In this document: positions 7,879-18,900 of the stretch, one piece after another | How the letters are laid out: each line of letters starts with the position of its first letter | How positions within the stretch are numbered: position 1 is the stretch's first letter | Assembly: GCA_964401925.1 (NCBI GenBank) | Contig: CAYOAK010000004.1 | Coordinates: 1-41,004 of the forward strand | Source of the DNA: an uncultured Bdellovibrionales bacterium | GTDB lineage: Bacteria; Bdellovibrionota_C; UBA2361; SZUA-149; JADYYL01 | DNA: 41,004 bases | Direction of reading: 5' to 3' | Position numbers and translations under genes: made by a program | The notes under the pieces: generated by a model | Seen by the model: the letters and a program-made list of their open reading frames with translations, nothing else | Told to the model about the DNA's origin: nothing | The model's database searches: none

Positions 7879-8957
7879 TCGTCCGCCGATTTTTGTGTCT
7901 GCTGTCGTGTGTCTCGTTTTTATTCTGCCTTTCGAGCTGCACAACAAGACTTCGTCCCGCTCTGCCGCCACAGCCGGTGGAACCCGACATAGAGCTCTAC
8001 GCCTCGCGAGGTGCGTTCCTTCGACAGGTCGATTCGACGATCGCAGTGCTGCTGCAGTCGGATAAGGGATATTCCGCCAGGCACTTTCCGTCGAAGGATC
8101 TCGTTCTGCGATCGCTCAGCCGATTCCGGGACCTGTTAACGGATGCGAAGAGCGCGGCGGATTTCGAGACACAAGTGCGCGATCAATTTCGCTTCTATCG
8201 CTCAACCGATGCCGGGCCCGGCAAAGTTTTCTTCACGGGCTATTACCGTCCGGTGTTTCACGGGAGCAGCCGTCAGAGTGAGAGGTATCGCTATCCGCTC
8301 TATTCGCTTCCGCCCGGACTTGCGCAGCCGGGTCCGACACGACGTGAGCTGGAGGAGGGCACCCTGCTGAAAGGCAAAGAGATCGTTTATCTTGATGACC
8401 CGCTGGATGCATTTCTCGCACAGGTTCAGGGTTCAACATCGGTGAAGCTCGAAGAGGGTGGGGTGCTGAATCTCGGATTTGCCGGAGCAACTCAGCATCC
8501 CTACGTAAGTATCGGGGCGGAGTTGATTCGCGATGGCAAGCTGATCTCCGGAAAGGCGAGCGTGCCCCACATCAGAGAGTACTTCCGGACACATCCGGAG
8601 GAGCTTCAGGAGTATCTCTGGCGAAACAATCGCTTCATCTTCTTCCGCCCGAATGTTGAAGCGAGCGGCGCTATCGGCTCGGCGGGTGTCTCGCTTCTCG
8701 GAGGCCGCAGTATCGCGACTGATCATCGACTCTATCCCGTGGGAGCGATCGTCCTCTATCAATGCCTCATTCCGAGCCGCGATGCAGGCTGGGAGGGGCG
8801 TCCTGTGCGGAAGTATGCGCTCGATCTCGATACCGGATCGGCCATTGTCGGACCGAAGCGAGCCGATATCTATTTTGGCGAGGGAGATGAGGCGGGCGAG
8901 ATCGCGGGCCGCATGCAATCCCGGGGAGATCTGTTCTATCTACTGTTGAAGGAATGA
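7875..8957 (+). CDS. mltA: membrane-bound lytic murein transglycosylase A (lipoprotein)
   Basis: Lipobox signal LFCLSSC. MltA motifs present: FFTGYYRPVFHGS, VQGSTSVKLEEGG, IATDHRLYPVGAIV and DTGSAIVGPKRADIYFGEGDEAG. ATGA overlap with rlmM. Confidence 0.85.
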   Translation: MIVRRFLCLLSCVSFLFCLSSCTTRLRPALPPQPVEPDIELYASRGAFLRQVDSTIAVLLQSDKGYSARHFPSKDLVLRSLSRFRDLLTDAKSAADFETQVRDQFRFYRSTDAGPGKVFFTGYYRPVFHGSSRQSERYRYPLYSLPPGLAQPGPTRRELEEGTLLKGKEIVYLDDPLDAFLAQVQGSTSVKLEEGGVLNLGFAGATQHPYVSIGAELIRDGKLISGKASVPHIREYFRTHPEELQEYLWRNNRFIFFRPNVEASGAIGSAGVSLLGGRSIATDHRLYPVGAIVLYQCLIPSRDAGWEGRPVRKYALDLDTGSAIVGPKRADIYFGEGDEAGEIAGRMQSRGDLFYLLLKE

Positions 8958-9838
8958 GTCTGGAGGTAAAAAAAGCGGTTCGGCTCTCGCTGCTTGGCGC
9001 GGCGCTGAACGGTTCGCTCGCGTTGATCAAAGGCGGAGCCGGATGGTTTGGGCATTCCCACGCGCTGATGGCTGATGCGGTCGAATCACTTTCTGATGTG
9101 TTCTCTTCCCTTGTCGTTTGGGCAGGGATGAAGCTCTCGCTGAAGCCCCCGGATGAGAATCATCCCTACGGACACGGAAAGTTCGAGCCGATGGCGGCGA
9201 TCGTTGTGGCGCTGATTCTTTTCGGGGCGGCAGTTGGAATTCTTGTCGCAAGCATCCGGGAGATCATTGCTCCGTCGGCGACTCCCCATCTCTTCACTCT
9301 CCCTGTGTTGCTGTTCGTCATCGTGATCAAGTGGATTCTCTCACGGAAAGCCGAGCAGCTGTCCGGTGATATCGCCAGCCAAGCGTTGCGCGGAGATGCG
9401 CTGCATCATCAGAGCGATGCATTAACATCGCTTGCCGCGCTCATCGGTATTTCGGTGGCTGTGATTGGCGGGCCGGGTTTCGAACGAGCCGACGGATTCG
9501 CAGCGCTTTTCGCTTCCGGCGTCATCGTGGTGAGCTCGTTTCGGATCTTCGCTCCGGCTGTCCGGGAGCTTGCTGATGCGGCTCCGCGCTCGGATATCGG
9601 AGAGCGGGCGAAGGGTATTGCAGGAACAGTTTCCGGCGTTGCCGAACTGGAGAAATGCTTTGTGCGGAAGATGGGTCTCTTCTATTACATCGACCTTCAC
9701 GTGATCGTTGACGAGAATCTTACTGTGCGCGAAGGACATTCGATTGCCCATCGAGTCGAAGAAGCGATTCAGGCCGCGGTGCCGCAAGTCGCCGAGGTGT
9801 TGGTGCACATCGAACCGACTGGAGGGCCGGTCGGATGA
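8954..9838 (+). CDS. cation diffusion facilitator (CDF) family metal efflux transporter
   Basis: HSHALMADAVESLSDVFSSLVVW and HPYGHGKFEP are the CDF TM2 and loop signatures. A C-terminal cytoplasmic domain is present. ATGA overlap with mltA. Confidence 0.85.
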   Translation: MSLEVKKAVRLSLLGAALNGSLALIKGGAGWFGHSHALMADAVESLSDVFSSLVVWAGMKLSLKPPDENHPYGHGKFEPMAAIVVALILFGAAVGILVASIREIIAPSATPHLFTLPVLLFVIVIKWILSRKAEQLSGDIASQALRGDALHHQSDALTSLAALIGISVAVIGGPGFERADGFAALFASGVIVVSSFRIFAPAVRELADAAPRSDIGERAKGIAGTVSGVAELEKCFVRKMGLFYYIDLHVIVDENLTVREGHSIAHRVEEAIQAAVPQVAEVLVHIEPTGGPVG

Positions 9839-10896
9839 AGGAGTTGCCCGAGCATTACCCGGCACCGCCGATTGCCGAGGCGATACCTCCGACTGAGCGC
9901 GTGCTCGAGTTCCTGATTCAGGAGCGCGGGGAAGAGCCGGAGCTGCTTTTCTCACTCGCAAATGTCCTGCTTCGAAAAGGCAGGACAGTTGAGGCGCTAA
10001 AATTCTATCGATCGGCGCTGGAGAAAAGTCCGCATACGCCCCGCCTGCGAACGAATCTTGGGGTGGCGCTGATCCTGCTCGGTGAGCGGGAGGATGCCGA
10101 GCAGCAGTTTCGTCAGGCACTGCTTCAAGAGCCCGATCTGGAGCTTGCGCTGCTGCATCTTGGAACCGTGCTCGAGGAGCGAAAGGACTACGACGGCGCG
10201 CTGAAGCTGCTCGATCGATTCCTTCAGGCCCGATCTGAGCGACAGCCTGCACCCAAGCCGGCGCTCCTAGCGGGGAGATGCGCCGATGCTCTCGAGCGGC
10301 ATGAAGTGGCAAAAGGCTACTTCGAGATGGCCGCATCGGGCGGTATCGAAGAGGCGCTCGCCTGGCTGCTCGCACACGATGTAAAAGAGGGAGTGGCTGC
10401 ATTCGATAGAGGCGACCCAATTGAATGTGCGCGGATCCTTCACCGGAACTACGAGCGCGCTGCCGGGCTTTTCACCCGTGATCAGCGAGTTCAGGACACT
10501 GTGCGTGAGCTTTCGGCGAAAGCCGGCAAGGACGATCGGCTACTCGCCGCTCGATCAGAGTTACGTTCGGTTCCGGAGGCCGATAGACAGGGGCCTCTCT
10601 ATCGGCATCTTGTTGAGATCTTCATCAGTCTCGGTGTTGCCGCGGAGGTATTCGAAGAGTCCGGTGATCTCGAGGAGCAAGCGGCGCGCTGGAAAAAAGC
10701 TCTTGATGAGACAAAAAATTATCCCTACGGAAACTACCGGCATGCGATCATTACCGCCTACCAGGGAGATCTGAGGCACGCGCTCGACGAGCTCGATCTC
10801 TGCCGTTCAAAGCTCCCGGAAAAAAAGCAGCGCGTTCTCAAGCTGCAGCAGATGATGGATGCCCTGGGCGATCTCTCTACTGCGTTGGCGGAATAA
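9835..10896 (+). CDS. TPR repeat protein
   Basis: Repeated 34-residue helical motifs (LANVLLRKGRTVEALKFYRSALEKSP, LGVALILLGEREDAEQQFRQALLQEP, LGTVLEERKDYDGALKLLDRFL). ATGA overlap with the CDF gene. Confidence 0.7.
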   Translation: MKELPEHYPAPPIAEAIPPTERVLEFLIQERGEEPELLFSLANVLLRKGRTVEALKFYRSALEKSPHTPRLRTNLGVALILLGEREDAEQQFRQALLQEPDLELALLHLGTVLEERKDYDGALKLLDRFLQARSERQPAPKPALLAGRCADALERHEVAKGYFEMAASGGIEEALAWLLAHDVKEGVAAFDRGDPIECARILHRNYERAAGLFTRDQRVQDTVRELSAKAGKDDRLLAARSELRSVPEADRQGPLYRHLVEIFISLGVAAEVFEESGDLEEQAARWKKALDETKNYPYGNYRHAIITAYQGDLRHALDELDLCRSKLPEKKQRVLKLQQMMDALGDLSTALAE

Positions 10897-10917
10897 CCGG
10901 CAGTGGGGCACAGCGCG

Positions 10918-11895
10918 TTACGGCTGACGGCTCAGCAGAAAGCCCTCGACTCTGTTTACCTGGCCGGGCTCTCCCGATTGAGGTGGAACGAGGTGCCAGG
11001 GCCAGAACTCAGAGTTTTGGGAGTGATGGGCCGGCAGGAGGCTTTCGCCGGATAATTCGGCACGGAGGTCGAGATCCGAGAGAGCGGAGGAAACTTCGAT
11101 TGGCTCAATGCTTTTGTCGATCGCCTTCCACTGGAAAGGCTCGGCTTGCGGGGTGATTGGGGGCTGCAGATATGGATGCGCACTCTGGTAGTAGGCGTGC
11201 TCCGTGTCGGTGATGAGCACGATCTGATTGGCTCGTATCTCTTTGAGGAGCTCAAAATGGCCGCGCACGAGTTGAGCGCCGAAGGGGAGAAAGGCGGTTA
11301 ACCACTCCGCTTCTTTATGTTCGACTACGGCTTTGCCGAACTGCCGCCGCAGCTTCGCTTCATACAGATCGCGAAACGGCAGTGCGAGCTGGCTGAGGAT
11401 GCTCATTGAAATCACATCGCAGCCCTTCGGAAGGTTGAGTTCTTCTGGAACGAGATCGACCGTGCGTGGGAAATGAAGCGCTTCCTCCCAGGTTGAGAAT
11501 CTCTGCGGCCGCAGAAGATCGATGAAACGGCTCAACGAGCCGGTAAGGTCGAGAACCGTCGAGCGAATCTCGCACTTCGCATTTGGGAATTGATGAAAGC
11601 GGAGGCAACTCGGATCGGCATCGACGAGATGTATCCGCTTATAAAGCTCTGCGAGCTGCTCGATCGGCACATCATACAGCCGTCCCGCTCCAAGAATGAG
11701 CAGCGAATCGCTACCCGATGCCGGTCCGAGGGCACGCAGGACGAACCTCTTCGAGCGATCGAGGTGCGGCCGCCAATGCTCGCTGAAAGCTTGCGCGCGA
11801 GTCTCGATCCCGAATCCACCCCGGAGCAGTCCGCTCTCGCGCGCGATCGGATGTTTCAGAGCCAGGGTTATGTAGCGGAATGCGCTCAGTGCCAT
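10918..11895 (-). CDS. hypothetical protein with tentative class I SAM-methyltransferase-like motifs
   Basis: 325 aa. LLILGAGRL resembles motif I (hh-hGxG). RIHLVDADP resembles the acidic end of beta-2. CDVISMSILSQLA resembles motif IV. Its ATG shares nt 11895 with the stop of the upstream Thg1-like gene (TAATG). Confidence 0.55.
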   Translation of the reverse strand: MALSAFRYITLALKHPIARESGLLRGGFGIETRAQAFSEHWRPHLDRSKRFVLRALGPASGSDSLLILGAGRLYDVPIEQLAELYKRIHLVDADPSCLRFHQFPNAKCEIRSTVLDLTGSLSRFIDLLRPQRFSTWEEALHFPRTVDLVPEELNLPKGCDVISMSILSQLALPFRDLYEAKLRRQFGKAVVEHKEAEWLTAFLPFGAQLVRGHFELLKEIRANQIVLITDTEHAYYQSAHPYLQPPITPQAEPFQWKAIDKSIEPIEVSSALSDLDLRAELSGESLLPAHHSQNSEFWPWHLVPPQSGEPGQVNRVEGFLLSRQP

Positions 11896-12785
11896 TAGCG
11901 GGGCTTCGGTTTTTTGTCGTCTAATCTGAAAGCGCCTTTTCGCTGAACCGGCTGCAGCACCGGCCGGCCTGCCTGAGGTTGCGGCGGTGGGGAACTGGTG
12001 AAGCTCTTCGGCTGGTCCGGTTTGAGCACGAGGTTGGCTCCTTCGTCGACTGCGGGGACGGGCCGGAACGCCACGCGCTCAAGCAGTTGAACGTACTCGT
12101 CCTCGGTCACTCCGAGAGATTCGCTTCCCACGAGCTCGGTTCGGTCCCCCCACCAGATTCCGTATCCGTAGAGGTCGCCCATCTTCAGCTCCTCCTCGGG
12201 AAATCCAAGATCGATCAGAAGCGCCTTCCGCTCCTCTTCGGAGAGCTTCGACGTCCGATTGTCGATCTCTTTCGGATCCAGCCCTTGGCTCTGTAACCGG
12301 AGAATAATCTGTCTCGTGAGAAAATTTCTTGCCGAGACCTTCCGTTGCCACACAAAGTAATCAAACACATGCGACCTCGACGGGAGCTCGCTGAGCTTCG
12401 AATGAAACACCGCCCCATGGTTAAACGCCCGGTTAAAATGGGCCGTCGCGCAGCTGGAGAAAAACGAGAGTATCCGGGAACGTTTCCGTTGATTCACGCT
12501 CTCGATCGGATCGAGCAGCAGCGAGATCTCGTCCCCGTGGGTGTAGGAGTAGGCGACGCGGTAACCGCAGCTCATCAGCTCCTTCGCACTCGCGCGGAGC
12601 GCGCTGATGAATTCCGTATTGAACGGGTAGTCCGCCACCGTCCGCCAGCCGGAGCCGAAGCGGTGCGAGTCCACCCGCACGATGAGGTACAGATCGGGAA
12701 GAATCAGAGTATCGTTCGTGTTTTCAAAGCGGTCCATTAACCGCTGATACTCACCAATGCTCTTTGGTTGTCTCGAATCCTCCAC
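11895..12785 (-). CDS. Thg1-like protein (TLP), tRNA(His) guanylyltransferase family 3'-5' nucleotidyltransferase
   Basis: GTG start. LYLIVRVDSHRF matches WVVVRLDGRNF of Thg1. YSYTHGDEISLLL matches AYGQSDEYSFVF, which carries the metal carboxylates. FDYFVWQRKVSARNFL matches DYLSWRQADCHINNLY. There is an extra Pro/Lys-rich C-terminal tail of about 50 aa. Confidence 0.8.
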   Translation of the reverse strand: MEDSRQPKSIGEYQRLMDRFENTNDTLILPDLYLIVRVDSHRFGSGWRTVADYPFNTEFISALRASAKELMSCGYRVAYSYTHGDEISLLLDPIESVNQRKRSRILSFFSSCATAHFNRAFNHGAVFHSKLSELPSRSHVFDYFVWQRKVSARNFLTRQIILRLQSQGLDPKEIDNRTSKLSEEERKALLIDLGFPEEELKMGDLYGYGIWWGDRTELVGSESLGVTEDEYVQLLERVAFRPVPAVDEGANLVLKPDQPKSFTSSPPPQPQAGRPVLQPVQRKGAFRLDDKKPKPR

Positions 12786-12996
12786 GGCACCTCTCCGGCA
12801 AAAGGCTACATTCTGTATGCGCCAAAGTCAGATGATTTCACTCCCGCCGTGGCGATGCATTATAAATGGCGAAATCTCCTGAGAAAATGTACTTCTTGCG
12901 CTGCAACAGTATGGCCATGAAAACTCGCCCCCGTCTCCAGAAGGCAAGCGCCTGCCGGCTCTGTGCCGGAAATGAACGGCAGCGCTAAGCAAGACT

Positions 12997-15900
12997 ATGC
13001 GTGAGTCAGTTCGCAGAGCCTTTGAGGCGCTCGTCGGCGGGGATGCCGCCTCACGCGAGGAGGTGCCGCAAACTCCCGCCGTTAAGCTGCTCAGAATCAG
13101 GGAGCGCGCCTCCCGTCCTCAATCTCTCACCCGTGATGCGCTTTTCGAACATGCGAAGCACCTCGCCCAGGAACAGATCGCCGAGGTCTCCGGCCGAGGG
13201 AGCCGCGAACTCTATCAATCCTTTGCCTCTCACTGTGTTCGCATCGACCTCGCACACAGGCTGCTCTCTACTGCGGCACTCGATAGAGATCTCCTCACCC
13301 CGGGCGCCGAGTGGCTTTTAGACAACTACCACATCATTCAAGAGCAGATTGCGAGCATCCGCCGCGACTTTCCACGGGGTTACGACCGCACCCTTCCGAA
13401 GCTCCTTTCCGGGAGACATCGGGGTTATCCCCGCGTCTATGAGCTGGCACTGGAGTTAATCTCAAAGTCCGACTCGGTGGTCGATGGGAACCTGCTGACT
13501 TCGTTCATCAACGGCTACCAATCGATCTCCCAGCTGACCCTCGGCGAGCTTTGGGCAACTCCGATCATGCTCCGCTTCGCCCTTGTGGAGAACGTCAGTC
13601 ACCTCGCCGAGCGTTTCGTCGGAGTTCGCGAAGAGCGAAAGCTCGCGGAGAGCTTCATTGATGAGATCATCGGCGACGAATCGCGTGCCGGCACCGAGAT
13701 TCTCCTGGTCCTCGCGGGAAAGCTCAAAGCCGAGCCGGAACTGCTTTTTTCGAGCGCGCCTTATCTTATCCGCCGCCTCCGGGAGCGCGGACGGAAAGCG
13801 ACGATCACCCTGCAATGGCTTGAAGAGCGGCTGCGGGAAGATGGAGCGGAGCCGGAGGAGATTCTCCGAAACGAACAGTACGCGCTCGCTGCCGATCAGA
13901 TATCAATCGGCAATACCGTGACCTCCTTAAAGGCGATCGGCTTCATCGATTGGAAGTCGTGGGTCGAAGCGGTGAGTCTTGCCGAGCGCGCACTTCGCCG
14001 CGATCCGGGAAAGATCTACCCGCAGTGCGATTTCAAGACTCGCGACATCGCCCGTCATACCATTGAAAAGCTCGCCAAACGGGGCGATCTCCTCGAGAGC
14101 GCTGTCGCGGAGGGTGCCGTCAAGCTCGCTGACCGCGCCAACGCTCTGCCGGTTCCAACTGACGAAGCCGAGAGGATCCGCTGGACCAAGCGCTCGAACG
14201 TTACCTACTACTTGATTCGCGAAGGAATCTGGGAACTCGAGAAAGAACTCGGAATCGCACCGGGGATTCTCAACCACATCGCACGATCCCTTAAGCGGCA
14301 CGCTTTTTTGATCTACGCCTCCGTGATCATACTCGGAACGGTCTGCGCGGCCTCAGCGCTCCTTCGAGTACTGGCAGCCAGTCTGCCGGAACTTGGATTG
14401 CTGATGTTCTTCCTCGCGCTCATCCCCGCGAGCGAGCTGGTCACCAACATTGTGCAGTGGCTTGTCACTAGAATCATCCGTCCCGATCATCTTCCGAAGC
14501 TCGATTACCAGCGCGGCATTCCCCCCGAAGCAAGAACTGCGGTTGTTGTGCACTCCCTGTTCTCTGACTCGGATGCGGCTTCGGCGACGATCGAAGGACT
14601 TGAGGTGCGCTACCTCGCGAACCCCGATCCGAATGTTGTCTTCGGCGTGCTCGCGGATGTGCGCGATGCGACGGCCGAGACGCGGCCGGGCGATGAAGAG
14701 ATCATCGCCCTCGCCCGAAAAAAGATTAGCGGGCTCAACGAAAAACACGGCGAGCGCTTTTTTCTCCTGTTCCGCAAACGCAAGTTCAATCCGTCCGAAG
14801 GGAAGTGGATGGCCTGGGAGCGCAAGCGCGGGAAGCTCGAGCAATTTAATGAGCTCCTCCTCGATCGAACAAAAACCGCCGACTTCCTCTTCGAGGAGTC
14901 CGATCTCAATCTGCTGCATGATATTCGCTACGTCCTGACGCTCGACAACGACTCAACGCTTCCTCGCGGAGCTGTGCAGCGCCTCGTCGGAACGGGTGCG
15001 CATCCGTTGAACGCCCCCGTGATTGATTCGAAGACGAATCGGGTGGTCGAGGGTTACGGCATCATTCAGCCGAGAGTCGGCACGACACTCACAAGCGCGC
15101 ATGCCTCACGGTTCGCGCGAATGTTTTCCGGGCAAGCCGGACTTGATCCCTACAGCGAAACGGTTTCCGAGGTGCATCAAGATCTCTTCGGTGAGGGCTC
15201 CTTCGTCGGCAAAGGACTCTATTCCGTCGGGGCTTTTCATCAGGTGTTGCAGGGAAGGGTCCCGGAGAACTCGCTGCTCAGCCACGATCTCTTCGAAGGC
15301 AACTTCGCCCGGGCCGGACTCGCCACCGATATCGAGCTTTTTGACGACTATCCGTCGAAGTATCATGCGCACGCGCGGCGGCATCACCGTTGGGTCCGCG
15401 GCGACTGGCAGCTGGTTCCGTGGCTGCGCTCACGAATTCCCGCAGCGGCGGGGCAAAGCACTACGAACGTCATCTCCTCGCTCGGCCACTGGAAGATGAT
15501 GGACAACCTCCGGCGGAGCCTTGTGGCTCCCTCGATCTTCATCGCACTGGTTGTCGCCTGGCTGCTTCTCCCAAATCCGGCGCGAGAGACGCTCCTCGCG
15601 CTCCTCGTGATCGCGTTCCCTGTTTACGCAAATGTCGCTCAGGCGTTCATCATTCCGCCCAAGCGCACGAGCTCGCTCGGCAGCCATGTCCGGGGAATCG
15701 GCCGCGAAATGGCGGTGATGTCGCAACAGGCGGTGTTTACCCTGGCAGTCTTGCCGCATCAGGCGACCCTGATGTGCGACGCAATCTTTCGGACGCTCTA
15801 CAGGGTGTTCATCTCCAAGCGGCATCTACTCGAATGGGAGACCGCCTACTACGCGGATAAGCGCCTGGATGCGACTGCCTCAAGCTTCTTCCGCGAGATG

Positions 15901-18900
15901 CGCGTCGGTTTCCTCGTTACCGTCATTTTCACGATCGTCCTTTCATTGGTGCGGCCCGAAGTCGCACTGCGGGCGAGCCCGATTTTGCTGCTCTGGCTGA
16001 CGAGTCCTTGGCTCGCCTATCTTCTCAGCTCGCCGATTCCGGCGGCTCAGATGGAGCTCAATCATCCGCAGCGCGAGTACCTGTTTGGTATCGCGTGGCA
16101 CACGTGGAGATACTTCCGCGAGCTGGTGAATGAACAGAATCACTATCTCGTTCCGGACAATATTCAGCTGACGCCAAATCGCGTCGTCGCGAACCGGACG
16201 TCGCCGACAAATATATCGCTTTCTCTGCTCGGAGCAGTCAGTGCCTACGAGCTAGGGTTCTTTTCTTTGACGGATGTTGTCAAACGAGTGCGAGCGACGG
16301 TGGAAACGCTGCCGAAGCTCGAGCGGTTCCGCGGACACTTCCTCAACTGGTATGACTGTCTCAATCTGAATCCGCTCTATCCGCGGTATGTCTCCACAGT
16401 CGACAGCGGAAATTTTATCGGCAACCTGATTGCGCTTCGAGCGTTCTTTCAGAATTTCGGAGCGCTTCCGCTGGTCGGACCGGCCCATGCACAACATTCG
16501 TTGCGAGTCATTCAAGAGGCCAGGCTGACGCCCGCCGATCCATTGCATACGACCTCGATCGTCGAGCTCGTTCGCTCTGCTCTTCCACTGAAAGAGCGCT
16601 CCACGGGCGTTGTGGATGGGAAGTTGCGGCGGGATCTCGAGGATCTTTGCCGCCCTGTGGACTATCTGGGGTGGGTGGAGATCTTCGAAAGGATTGCGGC
16701 GGCTCATCCGCCTGAGATCGGCTCCCCGCTGGCTGCGGCGATGAATCAAACAGTTGCCGCGCTCCAGGAGCTGCCCACGGTCGATGCCATCGGGCGCGCG
16801 CTCATCTCGGCGAGAGTTTATCTGCACGCCCTCCCGGAAGATCTCTCGCTGTGGCAGGAACTCTCCGTTGCTCTCATCGCAGCAGAGACGGCACAGACGG
16901 ATCTGAGAAAGCACGCCGCCACGCTCGTCGAGTCACTCTCGACGATTATCACCGAGCATGATTTCACCTTCCTCTACGATTCAGATCGCGATCTCTTTGC
17001 AATCGGCTATCACGTCGACAACGCGCGGCGTGACGGCAGCTTCTACGATCTGCTCGCCTCTGAAGCCCGGCTTTCTGCGCTTGTGACGATCGCTCTTGGC
17101 CAAGCGCCGCTTAAACATTGGTTCGCACTCGGCCGCGCGCTCACGAACTCGGCGGGCGGCCGGCTGCTTCTTTCGTGGAGCGGCACAATGTTCGAGTACC
17201 TCATGCCGCTCGTTGTGACGCGCGATTACTCCGGCACACTGCTCTCCGAATCCTACAAAGCGGTCGTCCGCGCGCAGCGGATCTACGGTGAGCGGCGCGG
17301 TGTGCCCTGGGGCATATCCGAGTCGAGCTTCAGCGGCGTCGATTTCGAGAAAACCTATCAGTATCGCGCGTTCGGCGTCCCCGGCCTCGGATTGAAGCGG
17401 GGACTCGAAGACGACCTCGTTATCTCGCCATATTCCACCGCACTCGCGCTGATGGTTGCCTCTCGCGAATCGATCGAAAACTTTGAAGCGCTGGAGCAGG
17501 AAGGGGGCAGGGGCGAGTACGGGTTCTTCGAGGCGATTGACTACACCCCGGCGCGACTGGCTGTGAACGAGCGTAAGCACGTTGTGCAAAACTTCTTTGC
17601 CCATCATCAGGGGATGTCCCTCTGCTCTCTGGTGAATGTCCTCTGCGATTCGGCCATCCAGAAGCTCTTTCATTCGGATCCGATTATTCGCGCCACGGAG
17701 CTGCTCTTGCAGGAGCGCTTCCCCGATAGAGTTGCAACACTCGAAGCCCCTGTCACTCAACCCGCGGAAATTGAGCACGACGAAGAGAGCTCCTCCTCGG
17801 TCAATGCGACAGTGCTTGAGACGCCGCATACGGCGATACCGAGGACTCATCTGCTTTCGAACGGCCGCTACGCTGTGATGCTCGACAATGCGGGGAGCGG
17901 GTATAGCGCGTACGAGCGGGAGCTCTTTCTCACGCGTTGGCGCGAAGATCTCGTTTCGAATCAATCCGGCAGCTATCTCTATCTTCGAGATCGCAAGTCG
18001 AACTTCCTTTGGTCGAACACTTACCAGCCGACGTGTGTGGAGCCGGAGTCCTACGAAGTGCTCTACAGTTCTGACAAGGTCGAGTTCAAGCGGCGGGATC
18101 GGAACCTGTTCGTTCATACCGAGGTCACCGTATCTCCGGAGGACAATGTTGAGATCCGCCGGGTGTCGTTGATCAATCTCGCAGGAGAGAAGCGCACTAT
18201 CGAGGTGACGAGCTTCGGCGAAGTCGCACTGAACTCCTTTCGCGCCGATCAAGCGCACCCCGCGTTCTCGAAGATGTTCATACAGTCCGAGTTTCTTCCT
18301 GATTACGACTGTCTCGTATTCGCCCGGCGGCCGCGGTCTGTGCGCGAACAGCCGCAGTTCTTCTTCCACATGCTGACGATGAAAACAGTTTGGGAGCGGG
18401 TCGACTTTGACAGCTCCCGCTTCAGTTTCATCGGCAGGGGACGCTCGGTGGAGAACCCAGATGCGCTCGATGGTGCGCTGGCGCGTAATCAGGGATCGAT
18501 TCTAGATCCGATCTTCGCGCTCCGAACGGGCCTCGAGATCGACCCGAGCCATGTCGAGTCGTTGAACTTCATCTCCGGCTATGCGGCGAACCGGGAGGAG
18601 CTGATGCTCCTCATTCGCAGATATAAAGAGCTCCACCAGATCTCCCGCGCCTTTGAAATGGCCTGGAGTCAAGCGAGCGTCGAGCTTCGAAACGAGCAGA
18701 TGTCGGCAAAACTCTTCCCTGTCTTCCAACGGCTCGGAAATGCGCTGCTCTTCAATGTGACCCAATTGCGCGGGTCCGCAGAGGTCATTCAACGCAACAA
18801 GCTCGCGCAACAGAACCTCTGGCGCTTCGGAATCTCCGGCGATCTGCCGATGGTTGTCGTTCGCGTGACGGAGCCGAGCCATATCAAGCTGGTCCAAGAG

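Noticed and set aside
9422-10420. 332-aa minus-strand ORF spanning the CDF/TPR junction
   Set aside because: Its composition is extremely Arg/Pro/Ala-rich, and it lies antisense to two well-supported genes. No start context or motif was seen.
16981-18369. 462-aa minus-strand ORF (plus others at 14353-14919, 20210-20995 and 20992-21654) inside the glucan synthase gene
   Set aside because: These are antisense shadow ORFs typical of GC-rich coding DNA. They are Arg/Pro/Gly-rich with no recognisable motifs, whereas the plus-strand frame carries unambiguous GT84/GH94 signatures.
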